A stretch of DNA of 64,000 nt from an uncultured Clostridia bacterium (GCA_946624325.1 CAMOSC010000001.1:1646-65645); one strand, 5' to 3'. Counted from the first letter of the stretch, positions 9,617 through 19,125 are shown. Numbers and translations: made by a program. The notes: a model not told the origin generated them from the sequence alone.

Positions 9617-10741
9617 ATGCGTGAATGGAAAACCTTTAGTCCGGCGGATATCCCCTGTCTGCGCGTTCTCGGCCGTACAACAGATGTGCGCAGCCCCCTG
9701 ACCCTGTTCTGGACGGCATCGGGGATTGAGCTGAATGTAAAAGCTTCAGAGCTCCGGGTTCTTATAGAGGCGGACTACGGCAATTTCGAACCCTGGCTGG
9801 ATATCCTGATCGACGGCGCCCGGACGCAGCGGCTGATGCTGCAGAAGGGAAAGCAGGAAATCTGTGTTTTCAGGATGATGGACCCCTCCGTCACCAGGCA
9901 CGTCCTGATCCTGCGTGATACGCCCGCCATGCCGAAGGATGACCAAACCCTGCTGCAGATCCACGGCATCTCGACCGACGGAAGCTTTGAGGAGCTCCCG
10001 TCCCGCGACATGAAAATTGAATTCATCGGGGACAGCATCACCTCCGGCGAGGGCGGCTGCGGCGCAGTGGGCGAGATGACCTGGAATTCCGGCTGTTTTG
10101 ACTGCGTGGACAACTACACCTTCATGACCGCCAGGGAGCTGAATGCGGAATACCATGTCCTCAGCCAGAGCGGCTACGGGATCTTCTGCGACTGGAGGGG
10201 CTGGACCGGCGGCGCCATGCCGCTCTATTACACCCAGGTTTGCGGGCTGGCGCACGGAAGCCGCAATGAAGCCCTCGGTGCCGGAACGGACTGGGATTTT
10301 TCCGCCTGGCAGCCCGATGTAATCCTTGTAAATCTTGGAACGAACGACGACGGAAGCTTCACCTTCGCCGGGCAGTGGATCAACGGCAACGAGTTTCTGG
10401 ATCCCATGCGCTTAAACCCGGACGGAACGCCCAATGCCGAAGATTTGGGACACGTCGAGGATGCTGCGGTGAATTTCCTGAAGCTTCTGCGGGCCAAAAA
10501 CCCCGAGGCGCAGATTTTATGGGTCTACGGTATGGTGGGCAGCCGCATGATGCCGACGCTTGTGCGCGCCATGGAGCGGTACCTTGCGGACAGCGGCGAT
10601 ACCCGGGCGGAGCTGATGCCCCTTGCGGATACGCTTCCGGGTGAGTTCGGTTCCCGCCAGCATCCGGGATACCCGGCCCACGCCAAAACCGCCGCGGCAA
10701 TCGCGGAGCGCATCCGCACGCTGCGGCTGCTGAATGCTTGA
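9617..10741 (+). CDS. SGNH/GDSL esterase, carbohydrate esterase family 2-like
   Basis: N-terminal beta domain (LGRT...W..SG), IEFIGDSITSG, SQSGYG, NLGTND, QHP. Confidence 0.85.
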   Translation: MREWKTFSPADIPCLRVLGRTTDVRSPLTLFWTASGIELNVKASELRVLIEADYGNFEPWLDILIDGARTQRLMLQKGKQEICVFRMMDPSVTRHVLILRDTPAMPKDDQTLLQIHGISTDGSFEELPSRDMKIEFIGDSITSGEGGCGAVGEMTWNSGCFDCVDNYTFMTARELNAEYHVLSQSGYGIFCDWRGWTGGAMPLYYTQVCGLAHGSRNEALGAGTDWDFSAWQPDVILVNLGTNDDGSFTFAGQWINGNEFLDPMRLNPDGTPNAEDLGHVEDAAVNFLKLLRAKNPEAQILWVYGMVGSRMMPTLVRAMERYLADSGDTRAELMPLADTLPGEFGSRQHPGYPAHAKTAAAIAERIRTLRLLNA

Positions 10742-10765
10742 TGATGCACGCATAATAATAAGTCG

Positions 10766-10794
10766 TTGCACTTTTGAGTTCTTTGCAGTATAAT
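10766..10794 (+). promoter_or_regulatory. Sigma70/SigA-type promoter for the VUT-SDR unit
   Basis: TTGCAC-17 bp-TATAAT. Confidence 0.7.
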
Positions 10795-10812
10795 CCTTTT
10801 GTTTTGGCTTAA

Positions 10813-10864
10813 GGAACTGCATGCAAATAATTTGTACGTGCACAGGTTATTTCGTTTCAGCTCC
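10813..10864. repeat. Degenerate short copy of MITE family C
   Basis: TAA|GGAACTG..AAATAA...TTATTT..CAGCTCC|TCA resembles the ends of 23717-23871. Confidence 0.5.
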
Positions 10865-10875
10865 TCAAACGGAAT

Positions 10876-10927
10876 CAAGCAGTTCGGGTCCGATATCCTG
10901 CTTGTAAAACATTAAAACCAAAGGAGA
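10876..10927 (+). ncRNA. Putative preQ1 riboswitch (class I-like)
   Basis: Stem CAAGCAG/CTGCTTG; loop begins TTCG and ends ATC as in preQ1-I aptamers; A-rich tail runs into AAGGAG RBS; directly upstream of a VUT/YhhQ transporter. Confidence 0.7.
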
Positions 10928-10935
10928 AAAAGAAA

Positions 10936-11661
10936 ATGCTGAAAAAGGAACTCAAAGACTTCAAGCTGCTGCTGTTAAACGTCCCGGGCGGTGTGATCTC
11001 CCTCTTTATCGTGAGCGTCATCGTCATGAACCTGCTGGCGAACAAAGAGCTCATCTCCCTGCCTTACCTTGCGCTGGACTGCGGTTTTACCGTGAGCTGG
11101 GTTTCCTTCCTGTGCATGGATATGATCTGCAAGCATTTCGGGGCCAAGGCCGCGGTGGAGATCTCCGTGATGGCGCTGGTTGTCAACCTGGCCGTCTGCC
11201 TTCTCTTCAAGCTCATGTCCATGACGCCGGGCATGTGGGGGGAGTATTACGCCACAGAGCTTCCGGAAGTCAATGACGCGCTGAATGCCACCATCGGCGG
11301 CAGCTGGTACGTGGTGCTCGGCAGCAGTCTGGCCATGCTGGCCTCCGCTGTCTGCAACGCGATTCTGAATGTAACCATTGCCGGAAAGCTGCAGAAGGAT
11401 AATTTCCGCTCCTTCGCGCTGCGCTCCTATATTTCCACCGGCATCGCCCAGTTTGTGGACAACATGGTTTTTGCCATTGTGGTCTCCCATGTATTTTTCG
11501 GATGGACCTGGGTGCAGGTTTTCACCTGTTCTCTCACCGGTGCCCTGATGGAGCTGCTCTGCGAGGTGGTCCTGGGGCCTGTCGGCTACCGCGTTACAAA
11601 GCGCTGGAAAGCTGACAACGTCGGGGAGAAATATCTCCGCAGGGTTCAGAGCGCAGTCTGA
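10936..11661 (+). CDS. VUT family (YhhQ-like) queuosine precursor transporter
   Basis: Polytopic membrane protein with NLLANK, D.G, FLCMDMICKHFG.K.A and R.YIST.IAQFVDN.VF motifs. Confidence 0.85.
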   Translation: MLKKELKDFKLLLLNVPGGVISLFIVSVIVMNLLANKELISLPYLALDCGFTVSWVSFLCMDMICKHFGAKAAVEISVMALVVNLAVCLLFKLMSMTPGMWGEYYATELPEVNDALNATIGGSWYVVLGSSLAMLASAVCNAILNVTIAGKLQKDNFRSFALRSYISTGIAQFVDNMVFAIVVSHVFFGWTWVQVFTCSLTGALMELLCEVVLGPVGYRVTKRWKADNVGEKYLRRVQSAV

Positions 11662-11746
11662 TCCGGCCGGGGCTGAAGCTGCGTGAGGTGCAGCTCCCGC
11701 AGACGACCGAAAGTCCCGTAGGGTCACAGGCACCGGAATAAATTAC

Positions 11747-11901
11747 GTTACTGTTCAGAGCCAGACTCCAGAAATGGCGAAAAGCAGCCATTTCTGGAGT
11801 TGTGGCGTGCTCGCCAGATGCAAATCTGAGGTGAATCATGGATTTCCGCCAGCGGAATCGATGATTCACCTCAGATTTGCGCATGGGCTCTGAACAGGAA
11901 C
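11747..11901 (-). mobile_element. MITE-like repeat family A, full copy
   Basis: TIRs GTTACTGTTCAGAGCC / GGCTCTGAACAGGAAC; flanks TAAATTAC and CAAAATAC (6/8 match). Confidence 0.85.
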
Positions 11902-11923
11902 CAAAATACAAGGATACTGAATC

Positions 11924-12583
11924 ATGGATATACTCATCACCGGAACCTCCTCGGGTATCGGTAAAGCCGCCGCGGAGAAGTTTCTCGCCGAAGGACATAC
12001 CGTGTGGGGCTTTGATGTACAGGGTCCCTCCATACAGGCGCCCGCATACAGGCACTTTTCCGTGGACATCACCAGGCCGGATCTGTTTCCGGAAGGGCTT
12101 CTCCCCGAAGTCCTGGTCAACAACGCCGGCGTTCAGGACAGTCCGGACGACATCCTGGTCAACCTGAAGGGAACCATGAACATAACGGAACGCTATGCCT
12201 TCGGAAACCCGCGCATACGGGCCGTGGTGATGGTCGGTTCCGCCAGCGCCCATACCGGTTCTGAATTTCCCGCGTATGCGGCCTCCAAGGGCGGACTTCT
12301 GGCCTACACCAAAAATGTCGCGAACCGGCTTGCACCGCAGGCCACCTGCAACAGCATAGACCCGGGGGGCGTACTTACCGAGCTGAATGCCTGCGTTATT
12401 TCCGATCCCGTTCTCTGGGCCAGGATCATGGAGCTGACGCCCTTAAAGCGCTGGGCCACGCCGGAGGAGATTGCGGAGTGGATTTATTTTGTGGGAATCA
12501 CCAACCGCTTTATGACCGGTCAGAACCTGCTGATTGACGGCGGCGAAGCCGGGGACACGCACTTTGTCTGGCCGGAGAAATGA
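11924..12583 (+). CDS. Short-chain dehydrogenase/reductase (SDR)
   Basis: TGTSSGIG, NNAG, YAASK, C-terminal TGQNLLIDGG. Confidence 0.92.
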   Translation: MDILITGTSSGIGKAAAEKFLAEGHTVWGFDVQGPSIQAPAYRHFSVDITRPDLFPEGLLPEVLVNNAGVQDSPDDILVNLKGTMNITERYAFGNPRIRAVVMVGSASAHTGSEFPAYAASKGGLLAYTKNVANRLAPQATCNSIDPGGVLTELNACVISDPVLWARIMELTPLKRWATPEEIAEWIYFVGITNRFMTGQNLLIDGGEAGDTHFVWPEK

Positions 12584-12586
12584 GAA

Positions 12587-12619
12587 CGGGCGGCAACTCT
12601 ATAACAGAGTTGCCGCCCG
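12587..12619 (+). terminator. Hairpin after the SDR, probable terminator
   Basis: CGGGCGGCAACTCT-ATAAC-AGAGTTGCCGCCCG, perfect 14-bp stem. Confidence 0.6.
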
Positions 12620-12632
12620 AAAATCGTCCTGG

Positions 12633-12733
12633 AGGGAGACATATTTTGCCCACGGCTGAGCTTTTGTCAGGCGTGGCTGCAAAATAGTCATCCGTGGCCG
12701 TCTGATCAAAGCACAAACCTTCGTAGGGAGGAG
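12633..12733 (+). repeat. Leader repeat family E, full copy
   Basis: ACATATTTTGCCCACGGCTG...GGCTGCAAAATAGTCATCCGTGGCCGTCTGATCAAAGCACAAA aligns with 38193-38293; ends at the GH89 RBS. Confidence 0.75.
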
Positions 12734-12739
12734 ACCGAT

Positions 12740-15448
12740 ATGAATCCTGCAACCGTCATGCATTTTCCCGGCGCTTTTCTTTCCCGCAGTACGCAGCGCG
12801 CCTTTCCCATATATGCGGATCTCAGTCCGGAAGCGCCTTTTTGTGTTCAGGGCATCCTTCTCTCGCTTCCGGCGGATCATCCCCTTCCGACAGATGCGCT
12901 GAAAGTCCGGCTGTATGGCAGCACGGACGGCATTTCCTGGATGAGGGCCGCAACCGATACGGTTTCCTGCGCGGACCCCGGGGCGCTTTCCAGGCAATTT
13001 CCTGAAGCAGACAGGGATTCCGTTTTGCGGCCGGGCTTTGCTCCCGTCCTGTACTGCGCGCTGCGAAGCGCCCTGCCCTTCCGCCGGATCCGCCTGATGA
13101 TTGCGGATTATCCCGCGGACGTTCCCGAAAGCTTTCCGGACTGTCTCATGATTTCCGCGATCGGCACGCCCCTGCCGGACGCCGATTGCGCTATCTCACG
13201 GCCTGAGCAGGCTTCTGACCCGCTTTCAGCGCTTCCGGACTGGACCGGGACGGAATTCGGCCGTCCAATCGCCCCTGCCGATACCGAGGAAGAGCTCGGG
13301 CGCATGGTCTCCAGACTCCTCGGAGAAGCTTACCGTTCATGGTTTCGCTTCTTCCTGCGCGGTGAGCTTTCCGTTTCCGGGAAAGACCGCTTCAGAATCC
13401 TTTCCGAAAACGGCCGCGTTCTGATCGAAGGAAGCTCCGGTGTGGCAATGGCCGCGGGCCTGAATTATTATCTGAAAACCTTCTGTAACGTACATATTTC
13501 CCAGCAGGACAGCCAGACCGCAATGCCCCGGCAGGTCGTGCTGCCGCCCCTGCCCGTTGAGCGCACAGCCTGCGACGCAATCCGGTACGCCTACAATTAC
13601 TGTACGCTCTCCTACACCATGCCCTTCTGGAACCGCGCGGAATGGCAGCGCGAGCTGGACTGGCTGGCCCTGAACGGCGTGAACCTGGTCCTGGATTTTA
13701 CCGGGATCGAAGCGGTCTGGGTTCTCTTCCTGAGAGAACTTGGCTGCAGCGATGCACAGATACGGGACTGGCTTGTCAGCCCCTGTCATACCGCCTGGCA
13801 GCAGATGCAGAATATCGAAAGCTTCGGGGGCCCGCTGGACTTTTGCTTTATCGCGGACCGCGTGAGGCTTGCGCGCGAAAACCAGTATCAGATGCGCCTG
13901 CTCGGAATGCAGCCCGTCCGTCAGGGCTATGCCGGCATGCTTCCGCATTTCTGCGCCGCGCTGCTCCCGGACCTGACGCTTTTCCCCCAGGGAGAATGGA
14001 ATGGTCTTGCCCGCCCCGATATGGCGGATGTAAGCAGCCCCGCTTTTGCGCGGCTGGCCCGGATTTTTTATGCCTGTCAGGAGAAAATCTTCGGAGATTT
14101 CAGTCACTATTATGCGGCGGATCCCTACCATGAAGGCGGAAAACGTCCGGAAGCCCTCACGGACGGCAAAGCCGCGCACTGTATTCACGCGGCCATGCTT
14201 GAAGCGGACCCGGCTGCCGTCTGGATGGTCCAGGCCTGGCAGAATAACCCGAGCAGCGCTTTTCTTGCCGGCTTTGATGCCGACCGCAGAAGCAGGCACC
14301 TGCTGATCCTGGACCTCTCCTCCACGGACAACCCCGGGTTTGTAAAGAATGATTTTCAGGGTACGCCCTGGATTTACTGCATGCTCGATATGTACGGAGG
14401 AAGGCTTTCAACCCACGGGGAGGCCGATGTTCTCGCAGCCGGGATTCCGGCCGCGCGGAAAGCGCACCCCCTTATGCGGGGAATCGGTTTCACCGCGGAG
14501 GCGACCCGGCAGAACCCGGTGCTTTTTGAGCTGCTCTTTGAGATGGCCTGGCGCGAGGATCCGCCTTCCCTCTCCCGCTGGATCCGGCAGTATGCAAAAA
14601 GGCGCTATGGCTTTGAATCCGCAGCCCTTGGCAGGGCATGGGACATCCTTCTTTCCACCGCCTACCGCAATCCGGGATACAGCCATCACGGCGGGTATTC
14701 ACAGATTTTCTGTTACCGTCCCCGGCTCTCCATGGAATACGGAGAGGTTTACAATGAGCTGAATTCCGCAACAGTCAAGAAGCCCTATTATGATCCGAAG
14801 GAATTTTATCAGGCAGTGCAGCTCTTTATCGACTGTTTTCAGGAGGCCCGGCACAGCGCATGTTATCTCTATGACCTGCAGGACCTGCTGCGGCAGACCC
14901 TGAACCTGCTTGGCACGGAGCGTGCCTTCCGCGCCCTTTCCTGTTACAGGGAGCGGGATTGTAAAGGCTTTGAACGGGAATCGGCGGCTTTTCTGAGGCT
15001 TTTATCCGCCTGTGACGCGCTCATGTACGCCCGGGAGGATACCCGCCTCTCAGACTGGACCGGGAAAGCCCTCCGCGAAGGGAAACGTTATGATGATTTC
15101 TCCGCGGATCTCTTCTGCATGGACGCAAAAGCCCTGATTACCGTCTGGGCTTACCGGGATACCGCCGCAAAGCTCTCCGATTACGCCTACAGACAGTACG
15201 GCGGCCTGTTAAGTCGGTACTACCAAAAGCGCTGGGAGCTGTGGTTTTCCAGGCTCTGGAAGGCGCTCGCGGACGGTGAGGAGGCACAGGAGATCTCCGA
15301 TGAAGAATGGTTTGCACTTGCCTGGGATTTTGTCCTGGAGCCGGAAGAAGCAGATGAAAACACGCTGTCGCCGGACCGCGCAGGCCTGTTTGAGCAGGCT
15401 ATGGAAACTGTCGTAAACGAGGTTTCGGCTCTCCGGGGAATTCTTTAA
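12740..15448 (+). CDS. Alpha-N-acetylglucosaminidase, GH89
   Basis: RYAYNYCTLSYTMPFW, WQRELDWLALNGVNL, DPYHEGG and GFTAEA catalytic motifs, DYAYRQYGGLL. Confidence 0.9.
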   Translation: MNPATVMHFPGAFLSRSTQRAFPIYADLSPEAPFCVQGILLSLPADHPLPTDALKVRLYGSTDGISWMRAATDTVSCADPGALSRQFPEADRDSVLRPGFAPVLYCALRSALPFRRIRLMIADYPADVPESFPDCLMISAIGTPLPDADCAISRPEQASDPLSALPDWTGTEFGRPIAPADTEEELGRMVSRLLGEAYRSWFRFFLRGELSVSGKDRFRILSENGRVLIEGSSGVAMAAGLNYYLKTFCNVHISQQDSQTAMPRQVVLPPLPVERTACDAIRYAYNYCTLSYTMPFWNRAEWQRELDWLALNGVNLVLDFTGIEAVWVLFLRELGCSDAQIRDWLVSPCHTAWQQMQNIESFGGPLDFCFIADRVRLARENQYQMRLLGMQPVRQGYAGMLPHFCAALLPDLTLFPQGEWNGLARPDMADVSSPAFARLARIFYACQEKIFGDFSHYYAADPYHEGGKRPEALTDGKAAHCIHAAMLEADPAAVWMVQAWQNNPSSAFLAGFDADRRSRHLLILDLSSTDNPGFVKNDFQGTPWIYCMLDMYGGRLSTHGEADVLAAGIPAARKAHPLMRGIGFTAEATRQNPVLFELLFEMAWREDPPSLSRWIRQYAKRRYGFESAALGRAWDILLSTAYRNPGYSHHGGYSQIFCYRPRLSMEYGEVYNELNSATVKKPYYDPKEFYQAVQLFIDCFQEARHSACYLYDLQDLLRQTLNLLGTERAFRALSCYRERDCKGFERESAAFLRLLSACDALMYAREDTRLSDWTGKALREGKRYDDFSADLFCMDAKALITVWAYRDTAAKLSDYAYRQYGGLLSRYYQKRWELWFSRLWKALADGEEAQEISDEEWFALAWDFVLEPEEADENTLSPDRAGLFEQAMETVVNEVSALRGIL

Positions 15449-17175
15449 ACATTCTCCGGCTCCGCCGCCGCAACATCCCGCTCGGTAACGGAGCGCACGT
15501 TCGGGGTTCTTCCGTCGGCGGATGACGGGATGGCAAGCCTGCCCTCCGCCAGGAGCCGGACGGCCTTCCTGCGCATGTCCGGATTCCAGTCGATACCCGT
15601 AATGCGCCAGTTATTCTCCTGCTCTTCCGTAAGGATACCGCCCTTTACGCGGACAATATAGTCGCCGATCAGCTCGCGGATCCCCCCGATCTCGCCGTGC
15701 ACATCCATTTCCAGCAGCTGCGGCACATCCCCCTCTCCGTAAATCTCCCCGGGGACGCAGAGCTGCGAGGTTACACGGTAATTGTTCACCGCCGCCGTGA
15801 ACGTCTCTTCCTCCCCTACAGGCCTTCCGTCCGCCCAGGTCAGGTTCTCAATACGGTTTCCGGGCTCTTTTGACAGGTTGATCTCATAGCGGACACCTGA
15901 AAAGACATCATAATTGTAGGCGCGGATGGTTTCCCTGAACGAGATGGTCAGGTCTCCCGGATGCCAGGTATTGAAGTAGGATGCGGACCATTCCATCCAG
16001 GCCTTCAGCTGCCTTCCGTTCATTTTCACTTTATAGAGGCTGTTGGTATAACGGTAGATCAGCGACACGTCGCACCTTCGGATGGGGCCGCGGAACAGGT
16101 TCGCATTCAGGTTGGAGAGCGATGTGGCCGAAACCGCGGCGCCGGTATAATACATCTGCACCCGGTTGATCAGGTCGATCAGGGCGGTATTCCGGATCTG
16201 TGCTTCCGGAATCTGGGCAATCTCGTTCACCGGGGACAGGCTTTCCCCCTCAAAGCGGCCGATCAGCACCTCGGCATTTCGCCTTGCCTGCTCGTCATAG
16301 GGTGCCAGCAGCCTCATAAGTTCCGGATCGGGCTCGTATTCTTTTGCCTCAATCATGCGGATTTTCCGGTCCGTGACCTTCCACTTCCCGTCTGTTTCCT
16401 CTCCGCGCCCGAGTGTCAGGACCACCTCCGCCATGGTCTGCGCCTGGTACAGGTTTTCCACCACCGGCACGCCTCCGATCAGCTGTCCGCTCACCTCCCT
16501 GTGCTCATGGGCGGCTATCATCAGGTCAAATTCCGGGCAGTGCTCCAGGATATCCGTCACGCCGGAGTTGGGCGTACCGTACTCATTGCTCAGTCCCATA
16601 TGATAGACGCCGATCAGGACATCCGATTGCGAACGCAGCTCCTTCAGGAGCTTCCCTGTCTCCTCCAGCGGATCCGAAACCTGCCACCCTTTCAGGTTTA
16701 CCGTATCCCATCGGGTGATATTGGGCGTAATCATTCCTATGATTCCGATCCGCAGGCCGTTTTTCTCCAGGATGATATATGCGTCGGCCAGGGCGGCGCC
16801 TTTCGCATCGCGCACATTCCCGGTGAGGACCCTGGCTTCCTGCTGCCCCATTAAGCGCTTCAGCACATCCATCCCGAAATTGTACTCGTGATTTCCCGGA
16901 ACCCAGACATCATACCGCATGGCATTCATGGCGGCAATCATCGGATGGATCCGGCCCTTGTCCGCCGTGATAAACTGGTCCGCTGAGTTATCCTGGACGG
17001 TATCTCCGGCGTCCAGCAGAAGTGTATTCTCATCCCGAAGGGCCTTCACGGCCGAGGCCAGCTGGGCCATGCTGCCTGTCAGGCTCTCTGCGTTCAGCGC
17101 ATAATCCCACGGTACAAACTTCCCGTGGGTATCCGACGTCGCAAGTATTTTCAGGGTTTTTGTCTCTTGTTTCAT
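15445..17175 (-). CDS. Bifunctional 2',3'-cyclic-nucleotide phosphodiesterase/nucleotidase (CpdB/UshA-like), no signal peptide
   Basis: TSDTHG, DAGD, GNHEYNFG, HMG, AHEH, C-terminal 5'-nucleotidase domain with YNYD and NNYR. Confidence 0.88.
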   Translation of the reverse strand: MKQETKTLKILATSDTHGKFVPWDYALNAESLTGSMAQLASAVKALRDENTLLLDAGDTVQDNSADQFITADKGRIHPMIAAMNAMRYDVWVPGNHEYNFGMDVLKRLMGQQEARVLTGNVRDAKGAALADAYIILEKNGLRIGIIGMITPNITRWDTVNLKGWQVSDPLEETGKLLKELRSQSDVLIGVYHMGLSNEYGTPNSGVTDILEHCPEFDLMIAAHEHREVSGQLIGGVPVVENLYQAQTMAEVVLTLGRGEETDGKWKVTDRKIRMIEAKEYEPDPELMRLLAPYDEQARRNAEVLIGRFEGESLSPVNEIAQIPEAQIRNTALIDLINRVQMYYTGAAVSATSLSNLNANLFRGPIRRCDVSLIYRYTNSLYKVKMNGRQLKAWMEWSASYFNTWHPGDLTISFRETIRAYNYDVFSGVRYEINLSKEPGNRIENLTWADGRPVGEEETFTAAVNNYRVTSQLCVPGEIYGEGDVPQLLEMDVHGEIGGIRELIGDYIVRVKGGILTEEQENNWRITGIDWNPDMRRKAVRLLAEGRLAIPSSADGRTPNVRSVTERDVAAAEPENV

Positions 17176-17205
17176 AGGTTACGCTCCGCTCTCATTTTCT
17201 GGTTT

Positions 17206-17324
17206 GTTACTGTTCAGAGCCAGGCGCCAATCCATGATTTCGTACAGATTTGCATCTGACAGGCGCGCCACAACTCCGGAAATGGCGTTTTTGCCATTTC
17301 CGGAGTCTGGCTCCGAACGGTAGC
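17206..17324 (+). mobile_element. MITE-like repeat family A, internally deleted copy
   Basis: Both TIRs present; left arm of the long stem missing. Confidence 0.8.
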
Positions 17325-17584
17325 CCCGTTTTTCGTCAGGTTCATCATTCCGGATTCTCCCCGCCGCACTTTTCCGGAATTGCGCCTCCTCTTCGAATGG
17401 TTATCAGCATACCACAAATCCGCCCGGGCCGCAATCTCCAAGGCGCCCGCCCTGTAAGGAAATTGAAAGAGTTTCTTCGTTTTCAACCGGAAACGTCTGT
17501 GCTATACTGAAAATATATCTGTGGGCTTTTCACGGGTCTTGCGACAAAGCCCGGTCCCGCAGCGGTCTATGACGAGGTGTCATT

Positions 17585-19054
17585 ATGAATGCTCAGGCAA
17601 AAAACTGTACTGTTCGCCTGCGGAAGAATTTTTCCGCAGACGGATTCTTTCATCTTATACATGAACTGATTTTTGGCGGAGGGCTTCTGCTTCTGCTCAT
17701 GGCCTTCTCTCTTACGGCGGCCGGACGCTCTTCTGCATACGCCATGGATACAGACACATACGGGGCTCCGGTCCGGACGCCCTACGAAATCCACGGCGCC
17801 CTCTCCGTTTCAGGCTCCGCTGTCACCGACAGCACGGGCGCTCCCTTCCAGCTCCAGGGCGTTTCCATCAGCAGTTTTGTAGAGAATCCGCAATACATCA
17901 ATTATGAACTTCTCCGGGTTATCCGCGACAACTGGGGCATCAATGCCATTCGCCTGTGTCTTGGCAGCGAGGAGCATGAGGCATGGCTGAACAACGACCA
18001 GGAACAGATTTTTCAGATCCGCGGAAGTCTGAAAGAAGCGGCAGACAATATTCAGGATCTGGGGCTTTATCTCGTGATATGCTGGTACGCGCCGGAAGGC
18101 TCCGATCTTTCATCCGAAAAGGAGCTTGCGGCATCCTTTTTTGCAGATACGGTCAATACGCTCGGCAGCCGCGGCCAGGTTCTCTATGAGCTCTGCGATT
18201 TCGGCGCGTCCTCGTGGGCCGATGCCAGAGATTATGCGCCCGACCTGATCGATACCATCCGCTCAGGGGCGCCTCAGAGCGTCGTCCTCGTGGATATCCC
18301 GGGAAGCTTTGCGTATACCGAATGTGCGGTAGCTTCCCCGGTGGACCGCAGCAACCTTCTCTATTCCATTACTGTAGACTCTTCCGCCTGGGAGGATTCC
18401 GTACGGGAAAAACTGGAGACCACCATCCAGCAGGGCATGCCCCTTATCGTCACGGAATTTGGCGTCTGCCAGGCAGACGGCATGGTGGACACCTGGCAGG
18501 CTGATCTCTGGAAGGATCTGCTGGACAGCTTCGACACCGGATATTTTCTGGGGCCGCTGTGCGCTCCCTACGGGGAAGCCGATAACGCGCTTCTTCTCCC
18601 CACCTCCGCCGAGGATTTCTGGAGCTTCGAGCTCTCCACGGCGGCTCTCTGGTACACGGAGCGGCTCAACAGCACGGATACCTATTCCGCCGAGGGCGCT
18701 TTCATGCCGACGGACAGCGCATACAACACGCTGTCCCAGCCCCTCGGAAACGGGCTTATGGCGGAAATCGCGCAGATTCCGGGAACCTACAATTCCGCCC
18801 GCTCCTGCGAATATGATATCACGCTGATCAACCAGACGGCTTCCGATATTTCCGGCTGGCGCCTGCGCCTCACATGGGCCTTCGATGTGGAAAATTCAGA
18901 TTTCTGGAACTGCGATGTCGGCGGTTTCGGGAACAACCGGCTTCTTGCCGCCCGCGATTTCAACAGCGTTATACCCGCCGGCTCTTCCGTATCCTTCGGC
19001 ATTATCGTAACCGGCGAGGCCTCCGCCCAGCTGACCGGCTTCTGGTCCGAATAA
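17585..19054 (+). CDS. GH5-like protein with C-terminal CBM2-like domain, catalytic motif degenerate
   Basis: HGALSVSG, FQLQGVS, WGINAIRL, PLIVTEFG match GH5; NEP replaced by DFG; C-terminal YDITLIN...GWRL...WN...FGII. Confidence 0.75.
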   Translation: MNAQAKNCTVRLRKNFSADGFFHLIHELIFGGGLLLLLMAFSLTAAGRSSAYAMDTDTYGAPVRTPYEIHGALSVSGSAVTDSTGAPFQLQGVSISSFVENPQYINYELLRVIRDNWGINAIRLCLGSEEHEAWLNNDQEQIFQIRGSLKEAADNIQDLGLYLVICWYAPEGSDLSSEKELAASFFADTVNTLGSRGQVLYELCDFGASSWADARDYAPDLIDTIRSGAPQSVVLVDIPGSFAYTECAVASPVDRSNLLYSITVDSSAWEDSVREKLETTIQQGMPLIVTEFGVCQADGMVDTWQADLWKDLLDSFDTGYFLGPLCAPYGEADNALLLPTSAEDFWSFELSTAALWYTERLNSTDTYSAEGAFMPTDSAYNTLSQPLGNGLMAEIAQIPGTYNSARSCEYDITLINQTASDISGWRLRLTWAFDVENSDFWNCDVGGFGNNRLLAARDFNSVIPAGSSVSFGIIVTGEASAQLTGFWSE

Positions 19055-19069
19055 AATTGTTCAGATACG

Positions 19070-19107
19070 GTAACTGATCAGAGTCAGAATCCGGAAATGG
19101 CGAAAAC
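19070..19107 (-). repeat. Family A fragment (one end)
   Basis: GTAACTGATCAGAGTCAGAATCCGGAAATGGCGAAAAC matches the start of 11747. Confidence 0.65.
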
Positions 19108-19125
19108 GACAAAAAGGAAAACCTC

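Noticed and set aside
10851-10927. preQ1 class II riboswitch reading (CTCCT loop pairing with the RBS)
   Set aside because: The 5' hairpin overlaps a degenerate family C end, and the downstream stem-loop fits class I better; not fully excluded without a covariance search
17521-17585. Possible c-di-GMP riboswitch before the GH5-like gene
   Set aside because: Only one hairpin (GGGCTTT/AAAGCCC); GNRA/receptor and GGCAAA...GCAAAG consensus not found
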